In this document: positions 50,881 to 63,564 of the stretch, in pieces
How the letters are laid out: each line of letters opens with the position of its first letter
Numbering within the stretch: position 1 is the first letter of the stretch
NCBI RefSeq assembly: GCF_006345805.1
Contig: NC_043002.1
Location: 108,376,001-108,440,000, forward strand
Origin: Octopus sinensis
Lineage: Eukaryota
Length of the DNA stretch: 64,000 bases
Reading direction: 5' to 3'
Notes under the pieces: model-generated
Databases searched by the model: none
The model's input: only the letters and a program-made list of their open reading frames with translations
Told to the model about the DNA's origin: nothing
Made by a program: the position numbers and the translations under genes

Positions 50881-51275
50881 CTTTTACTCTTTACTCTTTT
50901 ACTTGTTTCAGTCATCTGACTGCGACCATGCTGGAGCACCACCTTTAGTCGAGCAAATCGACCCCAGGACTTATTCTTTGTAAGCCTAGTACTTATTCTA
51001 TCGGTCTCTTTTGCCAAATCGCTAAGTTATAGGGATGCAAACACACCAGCATCGGTTGTCAAGCAATGTCGGTGGGGACAGACACAAACACACACACATA
51101 TATATATACATAGATATGACGAGCTTCTTTCAGTTTCCATCTACGAAATCCACTCACAAGGCTTTGATTAGCCCGAGGCTATAGTAGAAGACGCCTAAGG
51201 TGTCATGCAGTGGGACTGAACCCTGAACCATGTGGTTGGTAAGCAAGCTACTTACCATACAGCCACTCCTGCACC
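50881..51275 (-). mobile_element. SINE-B
   Basis: Matches the family consensus. Confidence 0.9.
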
Positions 51276-52519
51276 CGTACATAACTTTCTGAATAATATT
51301 ATGCAAATAATGCAAACAGTTTAAATCTCTACTCTTAATTAATGTATGTTTTTATTACTCAACTGTACAAGTTGAGGTTAGTGCTTTTGTCAACCACATC
51401 ATAAGCATATTACACAAGGAGAGTAAAAAGAGGGAGAGAGTCCAACTCACTGAGATGAGTAACAGATTCCCTCAGATGATTAGTGGCACTCTGGCCTGAG
51501 GGTGAATTTTCCCACTTTTATAGCTGTAAGCCATCTTTTAGAATCTTCAGCCAAACTTTTTGGTAGGAAAACAAGCATACTTCCTATGTAATCTATCTCT
51601 GCAGCTTTGAGCCAGCCAGTGCTGAGTGATTGAGTCATATTCACATAGGTTTCAGTACTTTTTTCTTTTTATGGAGGTACATTTGTTCATGGCTCTAGAC
51701 TGGGAAATTCTGTGAGTTAGGGTTCAAATTTATGCATAGGTCTCAATACAATAGTCCTCTTGCAGTGAGTTTGTAATATCTCAAACAAAATGAAAATATG
51801 CAATAAAAAAAGACATTCTAACCATGACCATCTCACCTTTTAATCACCTGGGAATCTAGAACCACATCATTTAGTATGTCCTGTGTAGAGGTGATAGAGT
51901 GTAATTTAAAAGGAATTTAGTTATTATTTCCTGCATTCCAGCCAACCACTTTCAGGTTCCCTCATTGGTTAATGCCTGTTTAGTTTGTAGGCCAATATTC
52001 TAAGAACCCATCCATGTGGGACCACCACCACTCATTTCCTTATATTTAATTACTAATGCTTCTGTGGTCTCCCTCCAAGAATTCATCATAATAATTCATT
52101 GTCATCTTCCTCTTCATCCAAAAATAACTCTTAGATTAATCAATGGGTGACACAGAACTCTTTTACCATTTCTCTGAATTGCATTCAAAATAGCACTCTT
52201 GTGTTCTTCATATATGCTTGTTGCTTTTAAATGTCTAAGCTATGATTTTTTTTTTGTTTTTTATTTTAGTTTTGTTTTCTTAATCTTAAATGGTTCTTGG
52301 TTATTGGCACCACCCAATATCAAAGAGAATTATTACTGTTTCAGTTTGATTTCCTGCCACACTGAGCACACCAAAGAAGATACACATGAGTGGTGCCATC
52401 AAATTGATGAGTTGTAGTGCACCTGAGCACTATACACAATAATTTCATCATCATTGTCATCATCATCATCACCATCCATCCATCCATCCATCCCTCCTTC
52501 CTTCCTTCTTTCCTTCCTT

Positions 52520-53090
52520 CCACAGTGTATGTAAAAATGCCCCAGAGCCTTTAGTCATTTGTCAAGTCACAACAAGGACCTCAGACAGATAATACTTTCC
52601 TTAAGATGTGCACTGTTCCCAATAAGGTTGCTTTTTGCAAGACATGAATCTTGCATGGGATTTCCAGTTGCCTTAAGAAGTCTTGAAGTTTCGATGGGAT
52701 TAAGCCCAATGCTCCGATCACCATTGGTATCACTTTTACATTACTCTCTCACATTCTGTGCAGTCTTGCCATTTCCACTTTCAATTTGGATTCCTTGGTG
52801 ATTTTTTTCAGCCTCTTTACTCACAACATTCAAGTCATTTGGTATGGCTACATCAAAGATCCGACAGTATTTGTCTCTCTTATTCAATATGACAATATCC
52901 AGCCAACAGTGTTCGATCACACGATCTGTCTGAAAACCATAGTCCCAGAGTATCATTACTTTTCCATCCTCCTGCATAACTTTACTTGGTACATGCTCAT
53001 ACCAGTTCTCTGTTACTTCACATAAGAGCCAATGAAGATACACACACTTTATCTTGGCGGCACTTGTATTCTTTTTGTGCAAGGTTCTCT
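52520..53090 (-). mobile_element. R4/Dong-like non-LTR element, restriction-like endonuclease C-terminus
   Basis: ILWDYGFQTDRVIEH..DIVILNK..IFDVAIPND..KEAEK..MVIGALG..LQKATLLGTVHILRKVL*. Confidence 0.9.
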
Positions 53091-53200
53091 ATTATTATTA
53101 TTATTATTATTTTTATTTTTTTATTTTATCTATTTTTTTATTTTATCTATTTTTTTATTTTATCTAGTTTCAGCTGTGGCCATGCTGGGGCACCGCCATT

Positions 53201-53261
<61 letters not shown>

Positions 53262-53344
53262 CATCATCATCATCATTATAAGGAGTTTACTCTTCAGTTA
53301 ACCATGCAGAAAATGTCCTACTCCTTATAAAATTCAAACGTTTT

Positions 53345-53980
53345 TGTGGAAGGATCCTGACCACCCTCACGTGACTAAAAGTGGACTGACATATTTCAAT
53401 GAAATAAAGAATTATCGGCAGTTGACAGTGGACAGCTGACAGCGTTGATCATTCATATTAGATTATTGTATTAGTTTATTACTGTACCTATGTTTGGTGA
53501 AGTACGCAAAAGGTTATTCTAGATAACCATATCCAAATATTTATTTCGGTAATACTATTCTACACACTTATGCACACCCCGACATCATCATAACATTATT
53601 GGTGGCATTCACTTGGGAAAGAAGGGGGAGATGTGAAATGGTTCTGACCAATGAGTTTGCCACAGCCATCACATATGCTGACCACATCCAGCAGTCATCT
53701 CCAGTCAAGGCTGTAATCCAGATTGCAAATCTGACCAGCAGGCAGAGTAATGCTTCTGGCTGCAGCCCAACAAATGCCGCACTCAGAGAGCAAACACACT
53801 GGATCGCATGGATGTCTTAGCTGTAGTCACCATTCACTGTTGAGGTGTAGAGTTCATGTTTAGAGTTTTAGTGGGAATACGAGTTCCCACATGGTCTCCA
53901 CTCACATGTATACACATGTATACACATTCAGAATAGTGTGATCCATAGCAGCTCATCTTGCCATTGATTGTTGACCATAG
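53345..53980 (+). mobile_element. LTR-like pieces: TG..CA (53345-53595), PBS-like TGGTGGCA, polypurine tract, second TG start (53632)
   Basis: Motif order seen directly. The two starts share about 14 of 19 bases. 53641-53816 recurs at 58382-58548. Right boundary uncertain. Confidence 0.45.
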
Positions 53981-54053
53981 CAGAAGATCTACTGACCAAG
54001 TGACCACTCATTATCAGAACGTAAATAGCCTTGATTTAAAGCAAGTTCTAGAG

Positions 54054-54271
54054 TATGCATGGGCAACCTATGGCCCTTGATGAGTTTCTAGGGTACTAAT
54101 GTCATACTAAGACAAATAAACTTTCATACTAAAACAAAATGAAGGACTGCAAAAAATTCAGTGTAAAGTGGGCCAGTAATATTTTATGCATATGTGCTTT
54201 ATCATGCGGCCCTCTTCCACTTGGAAATGGTATGATGTGGCCCCCAGTTGATGAAAAGTTGCCCATCCCTG
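54054..54271. mobile_element. Charlie-like hAT MITE
   Basis: Perfect 8-bp TSD TTCTAGAG (NTCTAGAN consensus). ATGGGCAAC../..GTTGCCCAT inverted ends. Confidence 0.88.
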
Positions 54272-55204
54272 TTCTAGAGACATGCTTTACTAAAAGCTAA
54301 GGAGTGCCTCACTCCCAGTGGTCTTTCAGCATGCCAGACACTGACCCGGAATTTCTGAGTGCCCATGCTATTGCTAAATAGTCCTGAACCTACACTAGGT
54401 TCATCTGTCCCTTTGGCAGGTCCCATTTTAAGTCCTGCTGGGGATATTTTGCAACCCCCCCCCCCAACCTCACCAGGCAAGACTAGTAGAGGTGCTGGTT
54501 TAGTCGCTGATGACCCGACCATGCAATAGATCATACAGGATCCCATGTTTACTAGAGTGCTCGTGAGACACCTTACAAGTGATGCAACATAAGATTCCAA
54601 CTTTGTCCCTTGGTAATCTAACAAAACATCTATCAATTATATATTGCTCCTGCTGCCTACACTCAGAGCTGATATCTATTTACACTTGACTGAGCAGAAT
54701 TTGACAATCTAAAGGAGTTTGGGCTGTAAACATAATGCAGGGTTGTTGACAAGACTGCTCCAGTATGACCATAGTCCAATGACTGATACAAGTAAAAGTG
54801 TATGAAATAGGCCAGTTACTTCTCTCTTAACGAGGTTACTGCCACGCCACCCCCAGTAATTAATGGTGTTCTCTTCATGAAGATAGTATATTAAGACATG
54901 GTTTGTGGTGGAGGGGGTGGTGCAGGATAGATGAATCTGTGTATGAATGGTCTGTAAATGAGGAGGTATGAGGAGCTATGACATCACTTCCCTTCATTTC
55001 ATGAAACAAACAAAAACTTTGTTAAGAAATGAACATTCTGAGGAAACAAGTTTCGTGGGGGAGTGAGGTGGGTGTAGTTTTGTAATGAATATATCTTTGT
55101 TATAATAAAATGTCAGATGAAACAAGCAAATAAGAGTGCTTCATCCTCCTAGAAATAACAGTCAAATCTCTCTCAAATCTTAACCCACCATTTTAAATAG
55201 TAAT

Positions 55205-56095
55205 AATAATAATAATGATAATAATAATAATAATAAGGGTTTCAAATTTTGCCACAAGGGCAGCCATTTTGGGGGAGGGGATGTCGATTACATCGAACCC
55301 CACCTTCCCCCAGTATTTCAATGGTACTTAATTTATTGACCCAGAAAGGATTACAGGCAAAGTCGACCTTGGTGGAATTTAAATTCAGAACGTAGCAACG
55401 TGTGAAATACAACAACAACAATAATAATCAGGCAGTGGCTCTCATGGCTTCTGATCTTAACTGACTGGAAGTGTTATCATGTACATTGTTTTGTCTTGGT
55501 ATAAAAGATGGGCAACAGCAAATATTCTGCTCAATACCACAGATTTGCTTGTCAGTTGTTTGACCTTAACCAGTTGAGCATGTCCCTTAGTGGCTGACGA
55601 TATGTGCATATCTGATCACAAGCAGAAGTAGTAGGGGAGTATCATAGCCGGGTGTTGAGAGGGGTTCTTTGGGGTTTGAATAATTCACCTCTGGAAACAT
55701 GGGTGTTTCGTTCAACATCCTTAAACAACCCTTATTCAGGGACCTTTCGAGTGGGATGGGTTACTCGACCTGAAGAAAATTCTAACTGGGCCCCACCTGC
55801 AAGGTCATGTGCTGTTTATCTTGATATGAGATCACCATGTCGCGCACACATGATTGTGATGCATGTGCCTAGTGTACCCTTATCAGACGGGTAGTCATGA
55901 TGGGTATATTGGGCTTCGTATATTTTACCCCAGTCTCACTTTGACTGTATGCATTGCTCTCTCACTCAATAATAATAATCCTTTCTACTAAAGGCACAAG
56001 ACCTGGAATTTTGGGGAAGGGAAGTAGTAGATTACATCAACCCCAGTGTTTCACTGGTACTTAATTTATCGACCCCAAAAGCATAAAAGGCAAAT
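55205..56095 (-). mobile_element. Stack in an (AAT)n array: SINE-A1 (55205-55410), ~540-bp unclassified element (55430-55970), SINE-A1 part (55975-56095)
   Basis: Elements are separated by AAC/AAT triplets. The central element is more GC-rich and non-coding. Confidence 0.7.
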
Positions 56096-56495
56096 AATAA
56101 GAAGAAGTTTGAAATTTAGGCAGAGGACTAGTAATTTTAGCAAGTGAAGTGAGGGTTAGTTGATTAATTTGGTGCCAATATTCAACTGGTATTTATTTTA
56201 TCAACCTCAATTGGATGAAAGGCTAAGTCAACTTTGACAGAATTCGAACTCTGAATATAAAGCTGGAAGAACTACCAATTAGCATTTTGTCCTGCAGGCT
56301 GACAATTAAGCCCACTTGCTACCTTATTAAGTAAGTTGATTATATACAGGGCTCAGGTGCATAGCAATTCATTAGAAAAGGTTAAAAGAGGGAACAGAAA
56401 GGAGAGATACAAGTCAAGTAAAGTAAGAGAGCAATGAAAGCTAGAAATACATGCACAGTACACAGAATAAGACAGAAAAAGAGAGAGAAATGAAC

Positions 56496-56650
56496 AGAAG
56501 TGGCTGTGTGGTAAGTAGCTTGCTTACCAACCACAGGGTTTCGGGTTCAGTCCCACTGTATAGCACTTTGGGCAAGTGTCTTCTACTATAGCATAAGGCC
56601 AACCAAAGCCTTGTGAGTGGATTTGGTAGACGGAAACTGAAAGAAGCTTG

Positions 56651-56681
<31 letters not shown>

Positions 56682-57138
56682 AACCAGGGCTAGTAAGCTG
56701 AGGGGACAACAGCAAAGAACTAAGAGGTTTTTGTGTGAGTGTGTATATATGTATATTTATTCTTTTATTTGTTTCAGTCATTTGACTGCGGCCATGCTGG
56801 AGCACTGCCTTTAGTCAAACAAATTGACCCCAGGACTTATTCTTTGTAAGCCTAGTAATTGTTCTATCATTCTCTTTTGCTAATTTGCTAAACTGCTAAT
56901 TTATGGGAATGTAAACACACCAACATCAGTTGTCAAGCAACAATGAGAGAACAAACACACACAAACATATATATATGACAAGCTTCTTTCAGTTTCCATC
57001 TACCAAATCCACTCACAAGGCTTCGGTTAGCCAGAGGCTATAGCAGAAGACACTTGCCAAAAGTGCCACACAGTGGGAGTGAACCCAGAACCATGTGGTT
57101 GGTAAGCAAGCTACTTACCACACAGTCACCCCTGCAAG

Positions 57139-57170
<32 letters not shown>

Positions 57171-57560
57171 TATATAAAATATACATACATAGATACATAC
57201 ACTCATGTGTGTGTATGTATATATAGTTCCATGTTCAGTCACACTGTGTGGCACCTTGCGCCAGAGTTTTCTACTATAGCCTTGGGCCGACCAAAGCTTT
57301 GTGAGTGGACATGGTAGACAGAAACTGAAAGTAGCTCATTGTAAATATATGTCTGTGTGTCTGTGTTTGTCCCCCCACCATTGCTTGACAGCCAGTGTTG
57401 GTGTGTTTACATCCCTGTAACTTAGCATTTCAATAAAAAGAGTCCCTTAGAATAAGTGCTAGGCTTACAAAGAATAAGTCCTGGGGTTGATTTGTTCAAC
57501 TAAAGGCGATGCTCCAGCATGGCCGCAGTCAAATGACTGAAACAAGTAAAAAAAAAAAGA
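56496..57560. mobile_element. Cluster of three SINE-B copies or fragments in alternating orientation
   Basis: 56496-56660 plus head, 56757-57135 minus, 57225-57560 plus. Confidence 0.85.
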
Positions 57561-58254
57561 ATGTGTGTATACATATATATATATACACACACGTATATAT
57601 GAACATAAATGTATTTATGTGTGCATGTATATATGTATGTAAACACAGACACATAAATACCACGGCTACTGTTTTTACAACAGGGTACCATCCCTGTTAC
57701 TAACAAGCCAATGAGGGAAACCTGTGTGCGATGAATCAATCAACTAGAAATAGTAACCATATCTCCCTTAGATCACACCCAACCATATTTAAAAAGGTTA
57801 GACATGCTGCATAATTTAGTTCTTGATAGCCCTCACCCCACCCCTGAAAGATGGAATAGTCAAGGAGGACTGCTTGTAATCACAGGTTTAATCAACTAGC
57901 CAATTAAACACCACCAACACCAACCCCACCTCCAGCACTACCAATACCACTCCCATCACCACTGACCACCACCAACAACAGTAACAGAAGTAACTTCATC
58001 ATCATCATCATTGTTTAATGTCTGATTTCCATGCTGGCATGGGTTGGACGGTTTGACTGGGGACTTGCAAGCCAGTGGCTGCACCAGGCTCCAATCTGAT
58101 CTGGCAATGTTTCTACAGCTGAACACCCTTCCTAACACCAACCACTCTGAAAGTGTAGTGTGTACATACACACACACACACATACACATGCACACACACA
58201 CACACACATACACATGCACACACACACACACACACACACATAAATATACATATA

Positions 58255-59375
58255 CAGGTTGCGCTTAATAAACTGTTGTCTAAATTATGCAAAAATGAAA
58301 ATAACACTGACATCTCATTTTAACAGATATAAATCCTTAAATCCTTAAAAATGTTTTAGCCCGAAGGCTGCAGCCATGCTGGGTTCTGACCAATGAGTTC
58401 GCCACAGCCATCACATATGCTGACCACATCCAGCAATCATCTCCATGTAATCCAGATTGCAAATCTGACCAGCAGGCAGAGTAATGCTTCTGGCTGCAGC
58501 CCAACAAATGCCGCACTCAGAGAGCAAACACACTGGGTCTCATGGATGTATGTAATTTACCAGAATTACATAAAAATATCTTGAAATACTAAGGAGTAAA
58601 TTTATTCAATAAAATCGCCATTGGCTTCAACCACAGCTTCCAGATGACTTCGGAATCTCCTGCAACTCTTCTGGATGGTCTCCTTATTTAAGTTGGTGAA
58701 TGTTTAAGCTGCTATAATCCTTGCTTTCACTTCATCTTTGGTGTTACAAGGAGTTTTGTTGGTCTCTCACTCAACTGCGCTCCACACATAATAATCAAGG
58801 GAGCTGCAGTCTGGGGAGTTTAGATGGCCAGATTTTAGGAGTGATGTGGTCACAGATATTGTCTAAGGGCCATGACTGGGTTCTCCTGCTTGTGTGGCAT
58901 GGTGCAGAGTCCTGTTGCCAGACATAGGGTCTTCTAGCAGCTACCTTCTTGACCCAGAATAGCACTCTCTTCTCCAGGCACTTGATGTAGACCTCCATGT
59001 TGAGTCTGAGGCCATGTGGGAAAATGAATCGAGGCATAACGTCACCATCACTAGTGATTACTCCAAACACCATGATGTTGAGTGGATGTTTGATTTTTAT
59101 CACTCTTGGTACATGTTTTGAGGACACGACCAGCCAACAGTTGTTCTGTGTGTTCACCATCTGTTCATATTGGAGCTTCTTGCGCAAATGCCAAGCAGTA
59201 CAGCATGTCATTTCCAAATTTCTGGCAGAGTAAATTGCATCATGGTGCTGTTTTTCTCGCAGACAGTGCCCAACTGACCCTACTATACTGAGTAGTTGAC
59301 AAAATCAAGAAACAAATAATGCACATGCATGAATTTAAAAATATAAAATGGTGACAATTTACCCATCACACCCTG
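58255..59375 (-). mobile_element. Deleted Tc1/mariner element of maT (DD37D) type
   Basis: MVFGVITSDGDVMP..PYVWQQDSAPCHTS..IWP..LEAVVEANGDFIE*. Imperfect TA-flanked CAGG../..CCCTG termini. Confidence 0.88.
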
Positions 59376-59599
59376 TATATTTTACACACATGCATAAACA
59401 CACATATGCATACATATACAGCATCACAATCCTCCTCCTCATCATGATAACCATCATAATCATCTCATCAGCTCACTGTATGTATACACATCTATATATT
59501 ACATACACAGTGAACACAGAAACACACCAACAGGTACAAAAGCTTGTAACAAATCCAGTTGTTGTTTAGCCCCCAACTCTACTCAGTCTAATCCAATCA

Positions 59600-60062
59600 T
59601 CATCATCATCGTTTAACGTCCGTTTTCCACGCTAGCATGGGTTGGACGGTTTGACCGGGGATCTGGGAAGCCAGAAGGCTGCACCAGGCTCCAGTCTTAT
59701 CTGGCAGAGTTTCTACAGCTGGATGCCCTTCCTAACGCCAACCACTCCGCGAGTGTAGTGGGTGCTTTTTACGTGCCACCTGCACAGGTGCCAGGGGGTC
59801 CGGCATCGGCCATGATCGGTTGGAGCTTTTAACGTGCCACCAGCACGGGAGCCAGCCAAGGCGGCGCTGGCAACAGCCATGTTCGGATGGTGCTTTTTAT
59901 GTGCCACGGGCACAGAAGCCAGTCGAGGCAGCGCTGGCAATGGCCACGTTCGGATGGTGCTTTTTATGTGCCACGGGCACAGAAGCCAGTCGAGGCGGCG
60001 CTGGCAATGGCCACGTTCGGATGGTGCTTTTTATGTGCCACCGGCACAGGTATCACAACTAC
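59600..60062 (-). mobile_element. RTE family 1 3' UTR with 67-bp tandem array
   Basis: GTTCGGATGG at 59881, 59948 and 60015, with a degenerate unit near 59814. Confidence 0.92.
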
Positions 60063-61374
60063 TAATCAAAAGCATTCCAATCATGACCAACCCATCTTTC
60101 TTCTGTACAGAGGACTCAGGACCGCATTATTCTAAGTATTGTCTTCTAAGATGGCTATGATGTGATATGGGTGAGATTTGGCTGCTATTTCTTGCATGTC
60201 GATTGTCCAACAGGAGATCTGGGTGGTTGGGCTAATCTCTCTCCCTCCTCCCTTCACCCTCTATAGCTGCCAATGCCTCTCTATAAGGAGCACACTGTTT
60301 AATAATAACAGGAGTGTTTTCTTGTGGCTCCACAGATTCTAAGATAGTTAAGATGTCTAAAAGAGATAGGTTTGTGAAGGGTGCATTGAATGGAGGTGAG
60401 GTAAGAGTAGTGGTAAGAGAGGGAGATAGAAAGAGAGAAGGTGAGAGAGAGGGGATGGGGAGAATGTTGTTGGGGGCGGGGTATATGAATAAGAGAGAGA
60501 ATTGTGAAATAGAAGCAGAAAGCGACAGAGATAGAGAGGGTGAGAGTGTGTGTGTGTGTGTGGGATGGAGAGAGACAGACAGAGAAGGAAAGGGAATGTT
60601 TGTGTGTGTGTGAAGTTATGGATTAATCGATTGAAAGTTAGATTAGAGGAGAGATTGGGAGAAGATTAAATCAGATGGATACACACACACAAAAAAATGG
60701 AAGGTGGTGGGGGGGAGAAAGGTAGAAGTTTGATAGATAATGAGAAAGATAGATAGGAAGAAGGTTGAATGTGAGGTAAAGTAGAATGAAAGGGACAGAG
60801 AGGTTTGAAAGAGGAAGGAAGGGAGAGAGAGAGAGAGAGGGAAGAGGGAGAATGGGGTCCGAGAGAGAGAGTGTTACTGAATGTGTTTGTGTGTTGAAAG
60901 AAGTATTTAGGGTGAGGTTTGAGGAGATGGTAAGAAAAGAGAGAGAGGGGGGGGAGTTGGAAGAGAAAAAGAAAGACAGAAGCAGAATTGTAAAGAAGAA
61001 CGAAAGAGAAGAAGAAATTGGTAATAATATGGCTGTGTGATAAGAAGCTTGCTTCCCAACCACATGGTTCCAGGTTCAGTCCCACTGCATGGCACCTTGG
61101 GCAAGTGTCTTCTACTGAAGCCTTGGACCAACCAAAGCCTTGTGAGTGGATTTGGTAGATGGAAACTGAAAGAAGCCTGTCATATATATATTTTTTGCAC
61201 CAACCTTCTTCATATTTTTCCCATATTTTTTCTTGTTTTCTTACTGTCCGGCATTTTTGTCTTTAAAAATTATATGTAACACATAAACAGAGCCTGAAAG
61301 ATTGCTTTAAGATACATGCCATATTTTATAAATATGCTTGTTCAAGTATCATAAAAGCATGAAACTATCAGTTG

Positions 61375-62030
61375 GACACTCACAGAGTGGTTGGCATTAG
61401 GAAGGGCATCCAGCTGTAGAAACACTGCCAGATCAGACTGGAGCCTGGTGCAGCCTCCTGGCTTCCCAGACCCCGGTCGAACCGTCCAACCCATGCTAGC
61501 ACGGAAAATGGATGTTAAACGATGATGATGATGATATATATATATTCATACACACACATATATATCATCATCATTTAGTGTCTGCTTTCCATGCTAGCAT
61601 GGGTTGGACGATTTGACTGAGGAATGGCGAACCAGTTGGCTGCACCAGGCTCCAATCTGATCAGGCAGAGTTTCTACAGCTTGATACCCTCCCTAACGCT
61701 AACCACTCCGAGAGTGTAGTGGGTGCTTTTACATGCCACTGGCACGAGGGCCAGTGAGGCGGTACTGGCAATGGCCTCACTCAAATGGTGGTTTTTTACA
61801 TGCCACCTGCACAGGAGTCTGTACAGTGGCACTGTCAACGACCTCACTCAAATGTTTTGTTCATGTGCCACCAGCACAAGTGTCAGTAAGGTGACGCAGG
61901 TAACGATCATGCTCAAATGGTGCTTTTTACGTGCCACTGGCATGGAAGCCAGACAGCTGCTCTGGCACTGATCCCGCTCAGAAGGAGCTGTTAGCGCTCC
62001 ACTGGCACGGGTGCCAGTCATCGAATTTGG
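61375..62030. mobile_element. Tail-to-tail RTE family 1 3'-UTR pair (61375-61533 plus, 61565-62030 minus)
   Basis: (GAT)n and (CAT)n tails are separated by about 30 bp of TA/CA. Confidence 0.88.
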
Positions 62031-62220
62031 TTTATTTATTTATATTAAGGGCATTACTTCAAGTAAATACCTTATGCTATTAGGGACTCTTAAAGTCAAA
62101 ACTACCATAATCTGTTATTAAGGGGTTGGCCTCAAAAGTTGCATTCCCTCGCATTCAGTACACTGTGTATTTATTATGGTAGCATGGCCACAGTCTAATG
62201 ACTGAAACAAGGAAAAGACA

Positions 62221-62556
62221 AATGAGATCTATCACTAAAGGAGCACATTTGAAATTGAGATAATCCAAGAATGGAGCGGAATGAGTGAAGTGACCACTAA
62301 GTACTCAAAACCACAAGTTCCACTTGGCTGGACATGCTGCAAGGGCCACAGACAACAGATGGAACCAGGCAGTTGCTGAACAATATCTAAGAGACTGGAA
62401 AAGGCCATTTGGAATTCCTTCACAATGACAGGAAGATGATTTGGTCAAGCAATTTGGGTCAAGATGGAAAAGAATGGCACAATCAAGACGGAATTGGAAG
62501 TACATTGTGACCAGCAGTGTATGACATAATCTGATGACCTGGTCAATATTGTGATT
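62221..62556 (+). mobile_element. Decayed RTE LINE 3' end (family 4)
   Basis: KFHLAGHAARATDNRWNQ..RDWKRPFG..DDLVKQFGSRW..NWK. Confidence 0.85.
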
Positions 62557-62599
62557 TCTCTCTCTCTCTACTCTCACGTGACCTGCTGATCAACTAGCC

Positions 62600-63020
62600 A
62601 TTCTGCTGGTGACCACTGCCGGTTCAACATTGTCTTCATCCGCCGAAAAGGCATTTTTTCAAAACACGCCTGCTAGATAAGTTAAATTTGTCTAAAGTCA
62701 TAAGACACCTGCTGTTGTCCTGTTATTACCATTCTTGTTTTTAATTTTATTTTTGTTTTTTGTATTTATATTTGTGTGGCTTCGTCCGTTATTCTGTCCT
62801 TGTTTCGTTTACATTCGCTCCTTTTTCCAAGAAATCTAATGCTCGCAGCTTAGTTTTTCATTGGGGCTGGCCATTTCTGAGCAATATCAGAATTAATCAG
62901 CCGAAATTTGCTATGATGATCCGGTTCCTGACTGAAGATTAAAGGCTTCGAATGACCCGTCCGTTTTTTTTGTGTCGTCTCTTCGTGTATTTCACGTTCT
63001 TGTCCCTTTTTATATATAAT
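62600..63020 (+). repeat. Unclassified repeat related to 38380-38700
   Basis: Shared sequence blocks in opposite orientation. Confidence 0.6.
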
Positions 63021-63027
63021 TTTTATA

Positions 63028-63116
<89 letters not shown>

Positions 63117-63298
63117 ATGTATTGGTATGTATGTATATAGGTGCAGGTATGGCTGTGTGGTAAGAAGCTTGCTCACCAACCACATAGTTTTGGGTTCAGT
63201 CCCACTGCATGGCACATTGGGCAAGTGTCTTTTATAGCCACAGACCAACCAAAGCCTTGTGAGTGCATTTCGTAGACAGAAACTGAAAGAAGCCCATC

Positions 63299-63333
<35 letters not shown>

Positions 63334-63522
63334 ATAATTATTTGAGGGAATATAAATCCAAACTTACAGGATTTATATAGCCATGAAACATGTGTCGTTA
63401 TTCTACCAATTATATACGTTTTTATTATTTTTTTTGCAATTTACTTAATCATTGATATTTTATTGTTATTTTAATTTTAATATTTCTAATATATAACAGA
63501 CTGTATATATATATATATATAT

Positions 63523-63564
63523 ACTAGCATTAAAGACCCGTCATTGCCGGGTCATAGTGCTAGT
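63523..63564. mobile_element. Helitron-type 3' terminus, symmetric on both strands
   Basis: ACTAG-CATTAAA-GACCCG-TCATTGC-CGGGTC-ATAGTG-CTAGT next to a (TA)n array. Confidence 0.6.

Noticed and set aside
59800-60062. Regular repeats suggestive of a CRISPR array
   Set aside because: The units are contiguous with no unique spacers, lie in a LINE UTR, and there are no cas genes.
60300-61020. Glu/Arg-rich and Ser/Leu-rich ORFs
   Set aside because: Low-complexity (GA)n/(GT)n sequence.
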